This document shows, piece by piece, positions 34,520 through 45,900 of a stretch of 64,000 nucleotides of DNA. Source of the DNA: a virus; IMG/VR virus record IMGVR_UViG_3300028377_000005, positions 1 through 64,000 of that record; one strand, written 5' to 3'. The first letter of the stretch is position 1. Every line of letters starts with the position of its first letter. The position numbers and the translations under genes were made by a program. The notes beneath the pieces are model-generated. The model made no database searches. It saw nothing but the letters and a program-made list of their open reading frames with translations, and was not told the origin of the DNA.

Positions 34520-37500
34520 ATGTTTCAAGGTACGTACAAGGCTAACAGGCGTCCAGTAGTTACTACTGCACCGGACTGTCTGGTCTATATCAACGGCGAA
34601 CTGAGCCTTCCTAGCGGTTCGAACCCCAACCGCCGTGTTGATCTACAACCCATGCTGGTTTCCGTAAGTGTCAACGTCGGCACGCAAGGCGGCTCCGGGT
34701 CTGCTTCCCTCGAACTCCATATCCCCGAACATTATCTGGACGATATTTACGTGGGCGGCAAGCTGACTCTGACGACCATGATGGAAGTCCAGATTTACAT
34801 GAAAGGCCACTTCACAGTTGGTGGTGCGCCACAGTTTTACCCTGTGTTCTGGGGTATCGTGACGTCGGTCAACGAATCTTACAGCGCCGGTGAACATACC
34901 GTATCCCTTTCGTGTAGCGATATTCTGTATTGGTGGGAGATCCAACAGATTGCGCACAACCCTTCTTGGATGGCGTCACGAGACGACCAGCAACAGCGAT
35001 TCAACTTGGAGGGTAGTGTCTTCACCCGGAAAAACCCTTTCGCGGTCCTGTATTCGCTTGCTCGGAACGTGTACGGCGATTCGATGAACATGCGGAACCT
35101 GAGCCTCACGGGGCAAGACGAACGTTCCGAACCTTCCCCCGAAGAAAACCGTCGCTTAATGGCGTATTGGTCTTTGCGTTGGGGCCGTATTGCTAACTCC
35201 CTTCGAATGTACGGTCCGACCGGCGAAGTTTTGCAGGGGGATGCTCTTGATTTCGCGATCAACCCTAGAAAGTTTCTGAAAGGCAAAAGGGGTCAAGCCG
35301 CCAAAAATGAAGGCACCTTTTTCGATGCTTTCAAACAAGGGGACATTGACTTCGCCAATATCACACCCTTTGCGTTGGTCTTTTCCAAGATGCAATCAAT
35401 GGAGATGACCAACTCGGAGTTCGAAACCAAGCTCAATGTAGCAAACCAAGTCAAGGAGGCCATCGGTTACGAGTTCTTCATGGACGTGACGGGTGAGTTG
35501 ATCTTCAAGCCTCCATTCTACAATATGGACGTGCGGCCCAATTATCCCGTATCGTGGATCCGTGACCTTGATGTGATCTCGTGGAACTTCGCGGAAAACC
35601 CCCCGGACGCCACATTTGTCGAAGCGACCGGTTTTCGTTTCCGGGGCCAGCAAGTGGGAATGGGCGACGAGATCCAACCCAAAGCTACGTATGTGGACTA
35701 CCGCCTCGTGCAAAAGTTCGGGTGGAAGCCCGGTAGCTTTTCATCTGAATTCGTTGGTGGGGATGCTTACGGCGGTCCCAAGGCTTTGTTCTACTACCTC
35801 GTGGATGTCCTCGACCGCCAGAACTCACGGGTCAACAATGGTACCGTGACGATCCCTTTACGCCCGGAGCTTCGGTTGGGATACCCGGTGTATGTCGAAG
35901 GCCGTGACGCCTATTACTACATCGAGTCCCTGACACATACCTTTTCTTACGGGTCCAGATGTACAACACAGGCCACTTTGATGGCCCGGCGTCAGAAGTT
36001 TTACGGGGATTTCGGTCGATGGGAAACGGAAAATCAAGAGCCGCAACCGGGCGATATTGCTGATCCGGGCACTGTCCCCCAGAACATGTACAAGCGTAAC
36101 ATTGATCCGGTGTCGGGTACGCCCGAAGGGGACCGCAACGTCATCCTGACCTATTTCCCGGAAAAGGCCCTTGACGAATACGGCAAAGTCGAGACGTTTG
36201 AGGATCAAGCAGCCAAAGCGGACGATACCGAGGTCTTGATGCGCAACCTCGTGAACCTCCGGTCACAGTTTGGCACCAACGGGCCGAACAAATACATGTA
36301 CATGGTTGATCCGAACCGTGACACACCCCACGATTCCGACGACAATGGCAAGCGTAATCGGGGACCCCTCATGCATATCGAAGCGGACCCCAAGATTGAC
36401 ATTGATGAGGAAGGCCGTAAAATAGAAGTGAACGCTACGACTTTCCCGGTGTCCGATGAACGTGGGTACGAGGTTGTGGGGACTTATGAATATGGTCGCC
36501 GCGTCTCACTTAATTCGAAAGGTTTCATTTTCGACAAGCAAGAGGATGATATCCGGGCGGAAGGGCTACTCAGTATGGAGCCTGATCACCAACGTGGAGG
36601 AACCACGACCCCCAACCAGTCTGAAGACCGTAGCAACCAAGCAGCTTCGGCACACAAGGTAGATCCGAGTAAAGACAAGAACTTTATGGTCGATCCCAAC
36701 AACTACGGGCGGATGCTTACGGAAGTGCGTCCTCCTAGTCTGGGGGCCGCAGACCTTGCGGGTATGGCCCAGACCGAGGCGGCCCGTCTTGCGGACGCTT
36801 TCAAGGGTTCGGTAGGTCCCGGTACACCTTCTGGGGATACAGGCACCTCTTCGAATTGGGAGGGCTATAACGGTGAACAGCCGGGAGTGACTCGAACCCC
36901 CACAACGGCCCAAAGTAAATGGGGCCGTACCTTTGCGTACAACAGTAACGTGGGGCGTTGGCGGGGGACAATCCGTTCGGTGCGTGAACGCTTGGGCTAT
37001 TCCGAAGAGACTTACCCAGATGAAGTGATCCTCGCCTTTATCCACACAGAAAGCGCCGGTGATGCGAGTGCCCGGCGTACAAATGTGGATAAAGATGGGA
37101 ACGAATCGTTGTCACAATTCGTGGGCTTGTTGCAGATCGGAAAAGATAACGCCGCCGATCATGGGCGTAAGAATACGGATTTCATGGGCAACCCGGAACT
37201 GTCAATCCAACATTTCCTAGAATATCAGGATGAATACAAAGATCGCCACAATGGTGATCCCAGAAAACAGGCCATCCTCTGGAAAGGCGGTCCGGGTACG
37301 CTGAAAGCCTACAACCGTCAAGAGGCGGCGGGGCAGACCGACCAACAGTTGGAGCATTGGTTGGCGAATTACCCTCCGGGTAAGACGAAGATCAATAAAG
37401 CGGGTGAGGAAGTAGCTGTCAATTGGGGCGTTGATGAGTACGCAAGCCGTGTAAAGGCGGCCAGCCGGGTGTGGAATACAGCACTTGAAAAAGAACCGGC

Positions 37501-38125
37501 AGGGCCTACCGAAGAAGAAACCGAAGATGCCAGTGCCGCAGGCGGATCAGCAGCGGATAGTGTGGCGGCACAGGCCGCAAACCTTATTGATGAGGCGAAC
37601 GATCCGGTGGCTTCCAAAAGAATTAACCGGGTGGGCCTCCCTTCGGAAGAGAATGAGGCCCGTGTACAGTTGGAACTGTTTGGACAACGACTCCAAGAAA
37701 ACAGGTCACAAGGGATCAATGCGCTTCCGTCCGACCTTAAACCACCTCGTGATCCCTCAGTGATTCCGGTCGTCACGACGTTCCTTCGGGACTTGTATCA
37801 GAGCGCATTTCAGAAAGGTAAGACCCGTGAGGCTGAGTTACGCGGTGAAACAAAGCAGGTTCCTCGGGTGCCCGATGCCGCGTCAATCCCGACGTCTACC
37901 CCCTCGGAAAAGGAATTTGTAGACTCGCCCCTCAGTCGTAAAGAGGTGAAGGACGCCTTGGACAGTGGTGAGACCGTGTCCAGCCTTTTCCGCGAGGATG
38001 GAGCCGTTGAGCAGCTCCGCGAAAAATTTAGGAATTCTAAGAACACCGCCGAACAATCGATCGAAGATGCTGGATCCGCACTTTCGAATCTTACTCCTAA
38101 CCCCACTACGGATGACGACGAATGA
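34520..38125 (+). CDS. baseplate hub protein with lytic transglycosylase (SLT-like) domain
   Basis: Hub-type segments (YEFFMDVTGELIFKPPFYN, GTVTIPLRPELRLGYPVY) plus ILAFIHTESAG...GLLQI. Confidence 0.8.
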   Translation: MFQGTYKANRRPVVTTAPDCLVYINGELSLPSGSNPNRRVDLQPMLVSVSVNVGTQGGSGSASLELHIPEHYLDDIYVGGKLTLTTMMEVQIYMKGHFTVGGAPQFYPVFWGIVTSVNESYSAGEHTVSLSCSDILYWWEIQQIAHNPSWMASRDDQQQRFNLEGSVFTRKNPFAVLYSLARNVYGDSMNMRNLSLTGQDERSEPSPEENRRLMAYWSLRWGRIANSLRMYGPTGEVLQGDALDFAINPRKFLKGKRGQAAKNEGTFFDAFKQGDIDFANITPFALVFSKMQSMEMTNSEFETKLNVANQVKEAIGYEFFMDVTGELIFKPPFYNMDVRPNYPVSWIRDLDVISWNFAENPPDATFVEATGFRFRGQQVGMGDEIQPKATYVDYRLVQKFGWKPGSFSSEFVGGDAYGGPKALFYYLVDVLDRQNSRVNNGTVTIPLRPELRLGYPVYVEGRDAYYYIESLTHTFSYGSRCTTQATLMARRQKFYGDFGRWETENQEPQPGDIADPGTVPQNMYKRNIDPVSGTPEGDRNVILTYFPEKALDEYGKVETFEDQAAKADDTEVLMRNLVNLRSQFGTNGPNKYMYMVDPNRDTPHDSDDNGKRNRGPLMHIEADPKIDIDEEGRKIEVNATTFPVSDERGYEVVGTYEYGRRVSLNSKGFIFDKQEDDIRAEGLLSMEPDHQRGGTTTPNQSEDRSNQAASAHKVDPSKDKNFMVDPNNYGRMLTEVRPPSLGAADLAGMAQTEAARLADAFKGSVGPGTPSGDTGTSSNWEGYNGEQPGVTRTPTTAQSKWGRTFAYNSNVGRWRGTIRSVRERLGYSEETYPDEVILAFIHTESAGDASARRTNVDKDGNESLSQFVGLLQIGKDNAADHGRKNTDFMGNPELSIQHFLEYQDEYKDRHNGDPRKQAILWKGGPGTLKAYNRQEAAGQTDQQLEHWLANYPPGKTKINKAGEEVAVNWGVDEYASRVKAASRVWNTALEKEPAGPTEEETEDASAAGGSAADSVAAQAANLIDEANDPVASKRINRVGLPSEENEARVQLELFGQRLQENRSQGINALPSDLKPPRDPSVIPVVTTFLRDLYQSAFQKGKTREAELRGETKQVPRVPDAASIPTSTPSEKEFVDSPLSRKEVKDALDSGETVSSLFREDGAVEQLREKFRNSKNTAEQSIEDAGSALSNLTPNPTTDDDE

Positions 38126-38313
38126 GCCTTTGGACTACAGACCCCAAGACTAAAAGCGCCCTCGAAGATATTGACCCAAACTCTTTCGACCCGGATGCGG
38201 TGACAAAAGCACTAGAGGACGGCGGTGCGGAGGAGCTTGAGCGCAAGATCAAGGCTGCGCAAGAGCCTTACCAACGTAAGCATAATCAATGGCCACACAA
38301 GCGGAGATATTGA
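38122..38313 (+). CDS. small hypothetical protein
   Basis: ATGA-coupled, fills the gap between hub and spike genes. Confidence 0.55.
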   Translation: MSLWTTDPKTKSALEDIDPNSFDPDAVTKALEDGGAEELERKIKAAQEPYQRKHNQWPHKRRY

Positions 38314-38316
38314 CCG

Positions 38317-40482
38317 ATGGCTAAACGTTTTGGACCACCAACACCTATTGGGGAAAGACCACTCCGAAGCAAAATGCTCGGACATAAAGGTCCTTTGCGT
38401 TTTGCCCTCCGCCTTGGTGAGATCCAGCGGGTGGACTATGAGCACATGGTCTGTGATATCCACTGGCTACAGGGTGCGACCCCTCCCGCAAAAGAGGTCC
38501 CGCTCACCAGCGGCTACTGGTCCAAGCGTGGTTTTCTCGGCGCGATGCCCGAAGAAGGTAGTGTCGTCGTGTGTGGTTTTTCTGCTGCCCATACTGATCA
38601 AGCAGTCAAGCCTTATATTCTGGCCTATTTGCCGAACGGCTACCTGACGGCTTTAGGTTTCGACCCCCTCGGTGTGGCTGAACGTAACGCTGAAGGGATC
38701 GACAAGCCTCTAGAAACGCTTCAGAGGGAATTACAGGGCCTCTATGGTCCGACCCGACACAAGATGCGTAAGCTGTATCCCGGAGACATTTACGGCGCTT
38801 CTGATAAGGGTGCGGAGCTTATTCTGGATCGGGATGCCCGACTACTTAACAGTGGTGGTGCTGAGTTGTGGTTGCGGACCGAAGACCAGTCTTTGATCAC
38901 AACGACTCTGGACGCCTATGCTACCACGGCTGCCGCCCGGCGTCGTTCGGGCCGTATCACTCGGAGCGCTCTTACGTTGCCTTCGGATATGACTTTTGGG
39001 GAAGACGGTCGTATCAAGCCGGGCACTCTACTGTTCGAACACCTCGTAGATGCTGGTTTGATTTTCGAGGATGGCGACATACCGCCAGACATTAACCGCC
39101 TCCCCTTCATCACCTTGGAAAGCGGGGAGCGCCTTGCCCTCGTGACGGAAAACCTTGCAGACGTGACGGACCCGGACGTTCAGGTGTATGCTGAAGATCG
39201 GGTGGAGATTCAAGAGTTTACCGACCAACGTCTACCGTTCCCGGACCACTACGGCTTTGATGGGGACTTGATTGGCGACAACCCCCAATGGAACCCGTTC
39301 ATCGAAAAGGTGAGCGGTACCGTGGTGGGGAACAACCCATATACAGCACGGGGCCGGTCTAACTATGGTAAGCTCCTGAAACCTGTTCTTTTCGATTCGC
39401 CTTCGTCCACGTCTGGACGTGTTCGTATGGAGCCGGTCAAGAACGAACAGGGTGAAAAAGAAAAGTCGCTAGTGGCGGCCCACCTATATCGGATGAACCG
39501 TCCCGATGGGCTTGGTGAACTGTTCCTTGCTCACGATAAAGAAGGGCATGTTTTCCTTTCGATCCCGGCTTCCACGTCGAAAAAATCCAACCTCGGTGCT
39601 GGTCGATCTATCGAAGCCGATGTGAAGGGGTCTATCAAAGCAGTGATCGGAGCGAACAAAAACGACCATACCTCGCTCGACATATTTGCCACCGGTGGAG
39701 CCAAGTGGACGCTTGGCTCCATTGACACCACGGGTCGATCCCTAGACCTCATTGCGAAAGGTGGCCTCGGCGTGAAGGTCACCGGTTCCGACCGGGATGG
39801 CTCGGCAATCACCGGTGAGCTTTCCGGGGACGTGGGCCTCGCCATTGAAGGTAGCTTCGGCCTTTCCACCACCGAAGACCATATCGAAGAGATCAACGGG
39901 AAAAAACAGGTGTCCTCCGAAGGTCGTGAGGCTAGCGTCGGTACCGGTGATGATGCTTTGACCGTCCTCAGTAACCAGAGCCACACGATCAAGGGGAATG
40001 TGTCCAATAGCATCGGCGAAGGGCGCACCACCACCATCGTCAAGCCCAGCACCACGAGTGCGAATGCTGAGGAACTCAAGATCCTTGCGGGCAACCGCCA
40101 GACGACATTTGGCGCTCCAGCTACGGACACCATTACGTATGCCTCAACCGGCACTAAGACCGTACAGGCGGGCGGCCCCCTTACGTGTTCATGGCAAAGC
40201 CCGACTACTGGAAACTTTACTTTCCAAGCCTCAAGCGGTACCTATTCGGTGACGTTGGGTGCGGGCACGATCTCTTTAACGGGAGCTAATGTAAATGTTT
40301 CCGCGTCCACAGCAATCAACATCCAAGCTCCCACCGTCAATGTGACAGGCAAGGTCGCGCTAGGTACGGCGGCAGCCGCTCTGGCAGTTGTGGGAGGCTC
40401 CCCCGGACCTAGCCCTTATATTGATCCACTCACAGGCTTACCGTTGACAGGGAACCCTCTGGTCAATGTACCTTCCGTTTGA
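38317..40482 (+). CDS. baseplate central spike (gp5/gpV-like)
   Basis: N-terminal OB-fold-like GEIQRVDYE...GAMPEEGSVVVCGF; Gly/Thr/Ser-rich beta-helix C-terminus. Confidence 0.75.
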   Translation: MAKRFGPPTPIGERPLRSKMLGHKGPLRFALRLGEIQRVDYEHMVCDIHWLQGATPPAKEVPLTSGYWSKRGFLGAMPEEGSVVVCGFSAAHTDQAVKPYILAYLPNGYLTALGFDPLGVAERNAEGIDKPLETLQRELQGLYGPTRHKMRKLYPGDIYGASDKGAELILDRDARLLNSGGAELWLRTEDQSLITTTLDAYATTAAARRRSGRITRSALTLPSDMTFGEDGRIKPGTLLFEHLVDAGLIFEDGDIPPDINRLPFITLESGERLALVTENLADVTDPDVQVYAEDRVEIQEFTDQRLPFPDHYGFDGDLIGDNPQWNPFIEKVSGTVVGNNPYTARGRSNYGKLLKPVLFDSPSSTSGRVRMEPVKNEQGEKEKSLVAAHLYRMNRPDGLGELFLAHDKEGHVFLSIPASTSKKSNLGAGRSIEADVKGSIKAVIGANKNDHTSLDIFATGGAKWTLGSIDTTGRSLDLIAKGGLGVKVTGSDRDGSAITGELSGDVGLAIEGSFGLSTTEDHIEEINGKKQVSSEGREASVGTGDDALTVLSNQSHTIKGNVSNSIGEGRTTTIVKPSTTSANAEELKILAGNRQTTFGAPATDTITYASTGTKTVQAGGPLTCSWQSPTTGNFTFQASSGTYSVTLGAGTISLTGANVNVSASTAINIQAPTVNVTGKVALGTAAAALAVVGGSPGPSPYIDPLTGLPLTGNPLVNVPSV

Positions 40483-40508
40483 CGGTGAGGGTATTCTTGT
40501 GGTATACA
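40479..40508 (+). promoter_or_regulatory. possible sigma70-type promoter
   Basis: TTGACG-18 bp-TATACA with TG upstream. Confidence 0.4.
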
Positions 40509-40533
40509 CTACGTACCAACATACGAGGTAATT

Positions 40534-40941
40534 ATGAGTGAAGAAAACACGCCGGAAGACTCCTCCGAAGAGGCGGGTATCAAGACCTTGCCCCGGATGG
40601 AAGACGACGAAATTCGTGAGTTCGTGGACGCCCTTTTGTCCGGGAACCTTTTCACGAGCGAACAGGTCCAAAACGAAAGCGACATTCCGATGGTCTTTAT
40701 GCCCCTGATGCTTGGGGCCTCTGAGCATTTGGAACCGATTATCGACGATATCGGTTGCCTGTACGAGTACATGAGCAAAGCCGGACCCCGTGGCATTAAC
40801 GGTCAGCCGGTTTTCTATTCGTTCAATGTGCTCCACAAAGACGACTGGTCAATCGTTTTGGACACTTTGAAATACGAGGAAACGCGCCGTCAAACCATGC
40901 CGGTCATTCGTCGTAATAACGATGAGGAAGAAAGCACCTGA
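40534..40941 (+). CDS. conserved phage hypothetical protein
   Basis: GAGG RBS; MVFMPL...YEYMSKAGPRGINGQPVF. Confidence 0.75.
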   Translation: MSEENTPEDSSEEAGIKTLPRMEDDEIREFVDALLSGNLFTSEQVQNESDIPMVFMPLMLGASEHLEPIIDDIGCLYEYMSKAGPRGINGQPVFYSFNVLHKDDWSIVLDTLKYEETRRQTMPVIRRNNDEEEST

Positions 40942-41528
40942 TGCCTGTTACCGCCCTACAGTTAGCTCCCGCAATACAAGCCCAGCTTAACTCCCAAGGC
41001 TTGGTTGGATCCTTTGTGACCAACCTCGCTTCGGGTGTGGGTATTGGTATTCAGAATTTCGTCCAGACCTTGGTCGTACAGGCTCAGGCTTTCGGGACTC
41101 TGGGTGCCGGTGAGGGTACAGGTAAATGGACACTGGACCCGCTATCGGGTATGCAGATCCTAGACACCAACATCATGGCATCGGCATTACCCGGAACGGA
41201 CAAGTCCAAGATAGCCAATGGTGTAGCGTTTGGTACGGCTCAGGTGATCAATAGCTCGGCGGTTGTTCAGACTGCGGTCGCTGGTGTTGCTGTAGGCAGT
41301 GAGACTGGCGCTGTGATTAACGCGGACCCTACGGCGGCCACGAGCTTTATCTATTCGGGCTTAACCTCTTACGGAATCGTAGGGCCTAAAGCGGCTAACC
41401 TTGCGTCGGGACTCGGCCAAGGTATTGCTATTTGGTTTGCTTCCGGGGTGGTTACAAACGCTGTCGTGGGTAGCCCGGTCTTCCCTTTCAACCCCACTAC
41501 CGGTTTGGGTACGGGTAAAATCACATGA
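40941..41528 (+). CDS. Gly/Ala-rich putative virion protein
   Basis: Internal repeat (NLASGVGIGI and NLASGLGQGI); near the spike gene. Confidence 0.7.
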   Translation: MPVTALQLAPAIQAQLNSQGLVGSFVTNLASGVGIGIQNFVQTLVVQAQAFGTLGAGEGTGKWTLDPLSGMQILDTNIMASALPGTDKSKIANGVAFGTAQVINSSAVVQTAVAGVAVGSETGAVINADPTAATSFIYSGLTSYGIVGPKAANLASGLGQGIAIWFASGVVTNAVVGSPVFPFNPTTGLGTGKIT

Positions 41529-41962
41529 GCGAGATCAGTTTTGATGATCTTTTCACGGCTCCCGAACCCAAAGTTATGGGCGTCGTAGGTTCGCGAGAAT
41601 GGCCCGATCGTGATTTTGTATTTGACACGATCACGTCTTATCTGGAAAAATACCCTACGGTAGATACGATCGTCTCAGGCGGTCAGCCTCTGGGTGTTGA
41701 TGGTTGGGCAAAAGATTACGCCGAACAGCACGATATGGGTTATATCGAACACCCACCGGCGCACTGGCTGGATAAAGACGACCCACGGTATCGGCCTTTC
41801 GCCTACAGTAACTATTTCGAGCGCAACACTTTGATTGCCGATGATGCGGATGTGCTTTTGGCCTTTTGCTATCAAGGGTCAAACGGGACTATGGACACTT
41901 TCAAAAAGGCTCGGCGTCGGATCAAGAGGCGGGCCAACCTTTACACGGAAGACGATTTATGA
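41525..41962 (+). CDS. SLOG-family (YspA/DUF2493-like) protein
   Basis: VVGSREW, IVSGGQPLGVD..A..YA, RNTLI, LAF...SNGTMDT. Confidence 0.85.
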   Translation: MSEISFDDLFTAPEPKVMGVVGSREWPDRDFVFDTITSYLEKYPTVDTIVSGGQPLGVDGWAKDYAEQHDMGYIEHPPAHWLDKDDPRYRPFAYSNYFERNTLIADDADVLLAFCYQGSNGTMDTFKKARRRIKRRANLYTEDDL

Positions 41963-42204
41963 AACAGACGCGAGCTTTGGTGACGTTCACGATTGACGAC
42001 TGTGTTGATCTACCCGATGAATACCTCGAAAAAGGGCAAGAGGATGTTTTGCGGGGCGCGGTACTTAACCATTTGGAATACCCTTATTTGGAAGTCGTTA
42101 GACGTGCTTCCCACGTATGCTTTGAAACCCCGGATGGCCGTACCCTCGGACTTAAAAACCGAGCGGACCTTCCCCAGACCCTAGACAAAGGAATGATCCT
42201 ATGA
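41959..42204 (+). CDS. hypothetical protein
   Basis: ATGA-coupled on both sides. Confidence 0.65.
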   Translation: MKQTRALVTFTIDDCVDLPDEYLEKGQEDVLRGAVLNHLEYPYLEVVRRASHVCFETPDGRTLGLKNRADLPQTLDKGMIL

Positions 42205-42509
42205 AAGAATTGACACAATCTGATTACGAAGAAATGGTAGGCAACAGTGAAGGAATCGTAGTGATCGATTTCTGGGCCGAATGGTGCGGACCTTGTAAGG
42301 TCGCCTTGCCTAAGCTCGAAGCCTTGTCGGAAGATTTTGGTGACGACGTGGCTTTTTACAAGGTCAACGTGGATGATGAAGGTGCGTTGGCTGCACAGTT
42401 CAGCGTCCGCAGCATCCCGACCTTTGTGGTGCTAGTGGATGGTGACGTGAACGAAACCATCATCGCCAATGTGGGTGAGCTTAAAGACCACCTTGAAAAT
42501 CTAGTATAG
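42201..42509 (+). CDS. trxA: thioredoxin
   Basis: IDFWAEWCGPCK, VRSIPT. Confidence 0.95.
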   Translation: MKELTQSDYEEMVGNSEGIVVIDFWAEWCGPCKVALPKLEALSEDFGDDVAFYKVNVDDEGALAAQFSVRSIPTFVVLVDGDVNETIIANVGELKDHLENLV

Positions 42510-42520
42510 GAGTAGTTGTT

Positions 42521-42853
42521 ATGTCAAAGTTAAAAGATCCGGTACGCCGTTTGCACAAAAGAACAGGTACTGATGCCGAGATATTTGAAAGAGAGGACCT
42601 CGTAGTTATATGCGGACATGTGAATGTAGCCGTTCGCAAAGCAGAGTATGATGAAGACGGCGAAGTTATTCAGTTAGAGGGTCCTGATCAATTCAACCGA
42701 ACAACGGTATTAGAGCCCTCAGTAGATCATGAGGGTCACATAAGAAAGGGTTTCCGGCTTTATAATGATAGGGGCCGCCTTACTATGATATGGAGAGGTA
42801 CTTACCTACATGTCCATGATGAGCACGGCCACATCCCCTACGACGATATTTAG
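42521..42853 (+). CDS. hypothetical protein
   Basis: AGGAG RBS. Confidence 0.7.
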   Translation: MSKLKDPVRRLHKRTGTDAEIFEREDLVVICGHVNVAVRKAEYDEDGEVIQLEGPDQFNRTTVLEPSVDHEGHIRKGFRLYNDRGRLTMIWRGTYLHVHDEHGHIPYDDI

Positions 42854-42862
42854 CCTGCTCGG

Positions 42863-42894
42863 TACTCCATTTGTGCCCTGCCCCTTACAGTAGA
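42863..42894 (+). promoter_or_regulatory. putative late promoter (TACTCCATTTGT core)
   Basis: Recurrent motif before the 2322-aa gene; TAGA lies 16 nt downstream rather than 13. Confidence 0.45.
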
Positions 42895-42927
42895 GGCAGG
42901 GCATTTGCGTTTAGGTAGGTATTTAGT

Positions 42928-45900
42928 ATGAGTGTTCCCTTCGACGGCTTCGTTCTTCGCAAGCCTCGCATCGCAGCTTCCAACAGTCCGTTCACGGCGG
43001 AAGGCGACGTTTTTGTTCGCCAACAGGATCGCTCTACCTACCTCACCAATTTCGTGAACAATAGTAGTGCGCCTACGACCGAATATTTGGTGCAAGTCCA
43101 CGAAACCGCTGACTTGGTGGTGCCTTCTGAGATCACGGAGACCGCGAAGAAAGTAAGCGAATGGGTATACCAGTTTAACAGCGAAGGCCGGGCTATTGAG
43201 TCGGTTTCTAGTGTGACTCCTACCCCGGATTCGACCGATGCACAGTCCGGGTTGGTCAAGTACAGTAGTGATCCGGGCCAAGACGTCGTGGTCGTGTGGG
43301 AACCTGCCCGCCTCAAGATCAACTGGACCAAAAACGACGAGCGCACACGTTTCGGATTCGATGACCGTTTCCAACGATGGACCCCACTTCCGGGCGGTGC
43401 CCCCGAGAACCTCGGCACCCTACCTGACACTCCGAACGGACAGACGCCCCTAGCTCTGCCAGTGGTGGAGGGCGGCGAACCCCTTGTGGTGATCGGTACA
43501 CCCGACCAGAATACAGGCACAGTGGTACCGGTCCCGGAAGCGAACCGCCTGACTGACGGGCAATTTCAAGCGTACATCAACGGTACCTCCTCGGTCCCCA
43601 GCGGCGAAGCGGTCCTGAACGTGGACAACGGGACCGTCCTCTTTGCTAATGATCTGGTCAATACCTATCTGAGCCAACCGGTTTACTTTTACCGGAAAAA
43701 TTTCTTCGCTTACGACGCTTCGACCGGCCAGATCGGTCATGTGGGCGACGCACTTTACATGAACCCTATCCCGGACGCTACGGAGGTGCCCCGTATCCGG
43801 GTCAAGTATCGCACGTATCTCCGGGGTGAACAGTCGACTTCAACAACCACGCCGTCGACCGGTTACGACTTCGTGTGGAACCCCAACACGGGAGCAGTCC
43901 ATCTTGATAGCTCGGTGGAAGCTGACTTTGAGGGCGAGGCCATCTATTATGATGGGGTCTTTTCAAATGCTGATCCTATCGAAAGCTATGCCCACACGAA
44001 TCTAGGGTCGATCGAAGATGCGAACCCTTTTACCACGGCGGGCCTATCAGACATCGATTTCACTGCTTACGACCACGATAGCATCATCCTGTACGTCACG
44101 GAGACCGGTGAAGCTATTCGTGATCTTGAATTCGTAGAGGACACCGGCGACTTTACCGATTCGCTCAACTTGCCGTCTACCAAGGCACAGGTGGTCCGGT
44201 CGGGTACCGACGCGGGTAAGATCCAGTTGTCGCACACTTTCCGTAGGGAAAAGGCGGACAATAACTATTCGCTGTCCGTGGGAACAAGCGACTTCCCGGT
44301 GGAGAAAGGTATTACTTTTCGCATGGAACAGTCCCCGGTTGATCCGACAAACAACCGTGGCCTCCCGGACGGAAAAGGAGTGTCCCGTGTGGCCAATGAA
44401 ATCCTGTCTACAAGTCTACCGGCAGGTCCGTCTTTCCTCTTGAATCAGTTGCCCCTACAAGACGTGGCGGGCTATGACGACAATGTGTTTTACCAGCTAG
44501 AGCAGGGAGCCAAGCGTAAGATCCTGCAGCCGGGCCTCGATGTGATGTATGACTTCGACAACCGGCAGCTTCAGTGGGCGCAGCAGGCTTCCCATAGTTC
44601 GGTGATCCCAAGTAGCTCGTACTCGGTCCAATTACCGCACCAAATTATCCACAACGAAAACTATTCGTTTGAACTCAATGAGGGTGGGGGCTTTGTTCCG
44701 CTGGAACCAGACGATGACGTGCTCATCAATTTCGACACGGGCACCATCACATTCATTGAGGACGTCGGAGACGTACTTTTCGAAGACATTGGAGTCCTAA
44801 CCAACCCTGATACGCTCCAAGCCGCTACGGCCAATCTGAGCGGCCTTACAGTCCCTTCTGACTCTCTGCGAGCGCCCCTTCTCCTTGTCGGCGAAGATGC
44901 TTATCGCATCGTGTCTACAACAGCGAATACGGTCACGGTCGATCGGAACATTGACCTGTCGGGAAACATCACTGAATTCACGATCATAGAGGTGCCCGAA
45001 ATCGTGTTCCGCTATGCGATGCAATCGGTGGACCTCCGGGAACGTACCGTGTTTCCGTATGTCGTTTCAGATGTAGACACGCACGCCCCGGACGGTGAAG
45101 CCCTTGAATTCGTTTCGGACGGGTCGGTAGTGCCACATATACTCCTTGAGCCGGAAACCCTCGGAGCCCTTGGGAGTACGATCACCCTCCCAGCCTATTA
45201 TCAAGCCTCGGAAGCCAACTATCGGATTTTCCGCGAAGGCGTAGAGTTGTTTTTCACGACCTCATCCCCCAACACAGGGGAGTATTCGCTCAGTGGAAAC
45301 ACGCTGGTGTTCAACAGCACCGATGAAGCCGATAACGTGGGGACCGACATTATTCTGGACCCTGACCTCAGTAGCACGAGGAGTACGGGTCCTATCGAAG
45401 TGCTTGTTTCTTCGCGTGAACTTAATGTCCCTACGGACCTACAAGGGACCGACCTTGAAGTGCGTGCTCTGGTACCAGAAGATCAGTATACCCTCCAAGG
45501 TTTGGTGCTTTTCCTTGATAAGCCTTTCCGGTCGGGACAGCGGTTGTTCGTGCGGTATACGGATAGCGACGGCACCGAAATCGAAGAGGATGTTGGTTTC
45601 AGGGTCGTCGATACCCTCGGAAACGTGGGGTCCGGTGCCTCCGACACTTTCGGTGCCGGGCGTACCGTTGACCTCCAGCGTCCTACTCAGGTGCTTGTTA
45701 ATGGTGCGCGTAGTGCCCTCGAAATCAATACCACTACGAAAACTGTATCCCTAGATTCGGTGCGGAGAGGGCGACGGGTGCAGGTGTCTTACTATGCACT
45801 CGATGCTGATGGCGGGGAGACGACGGTATCACTTTTGGAACGTCCGATGGGGTCCCCTGTTCTATTTGAAGAGGGAAGTACCCAGACGTTCAGGGGTGAT

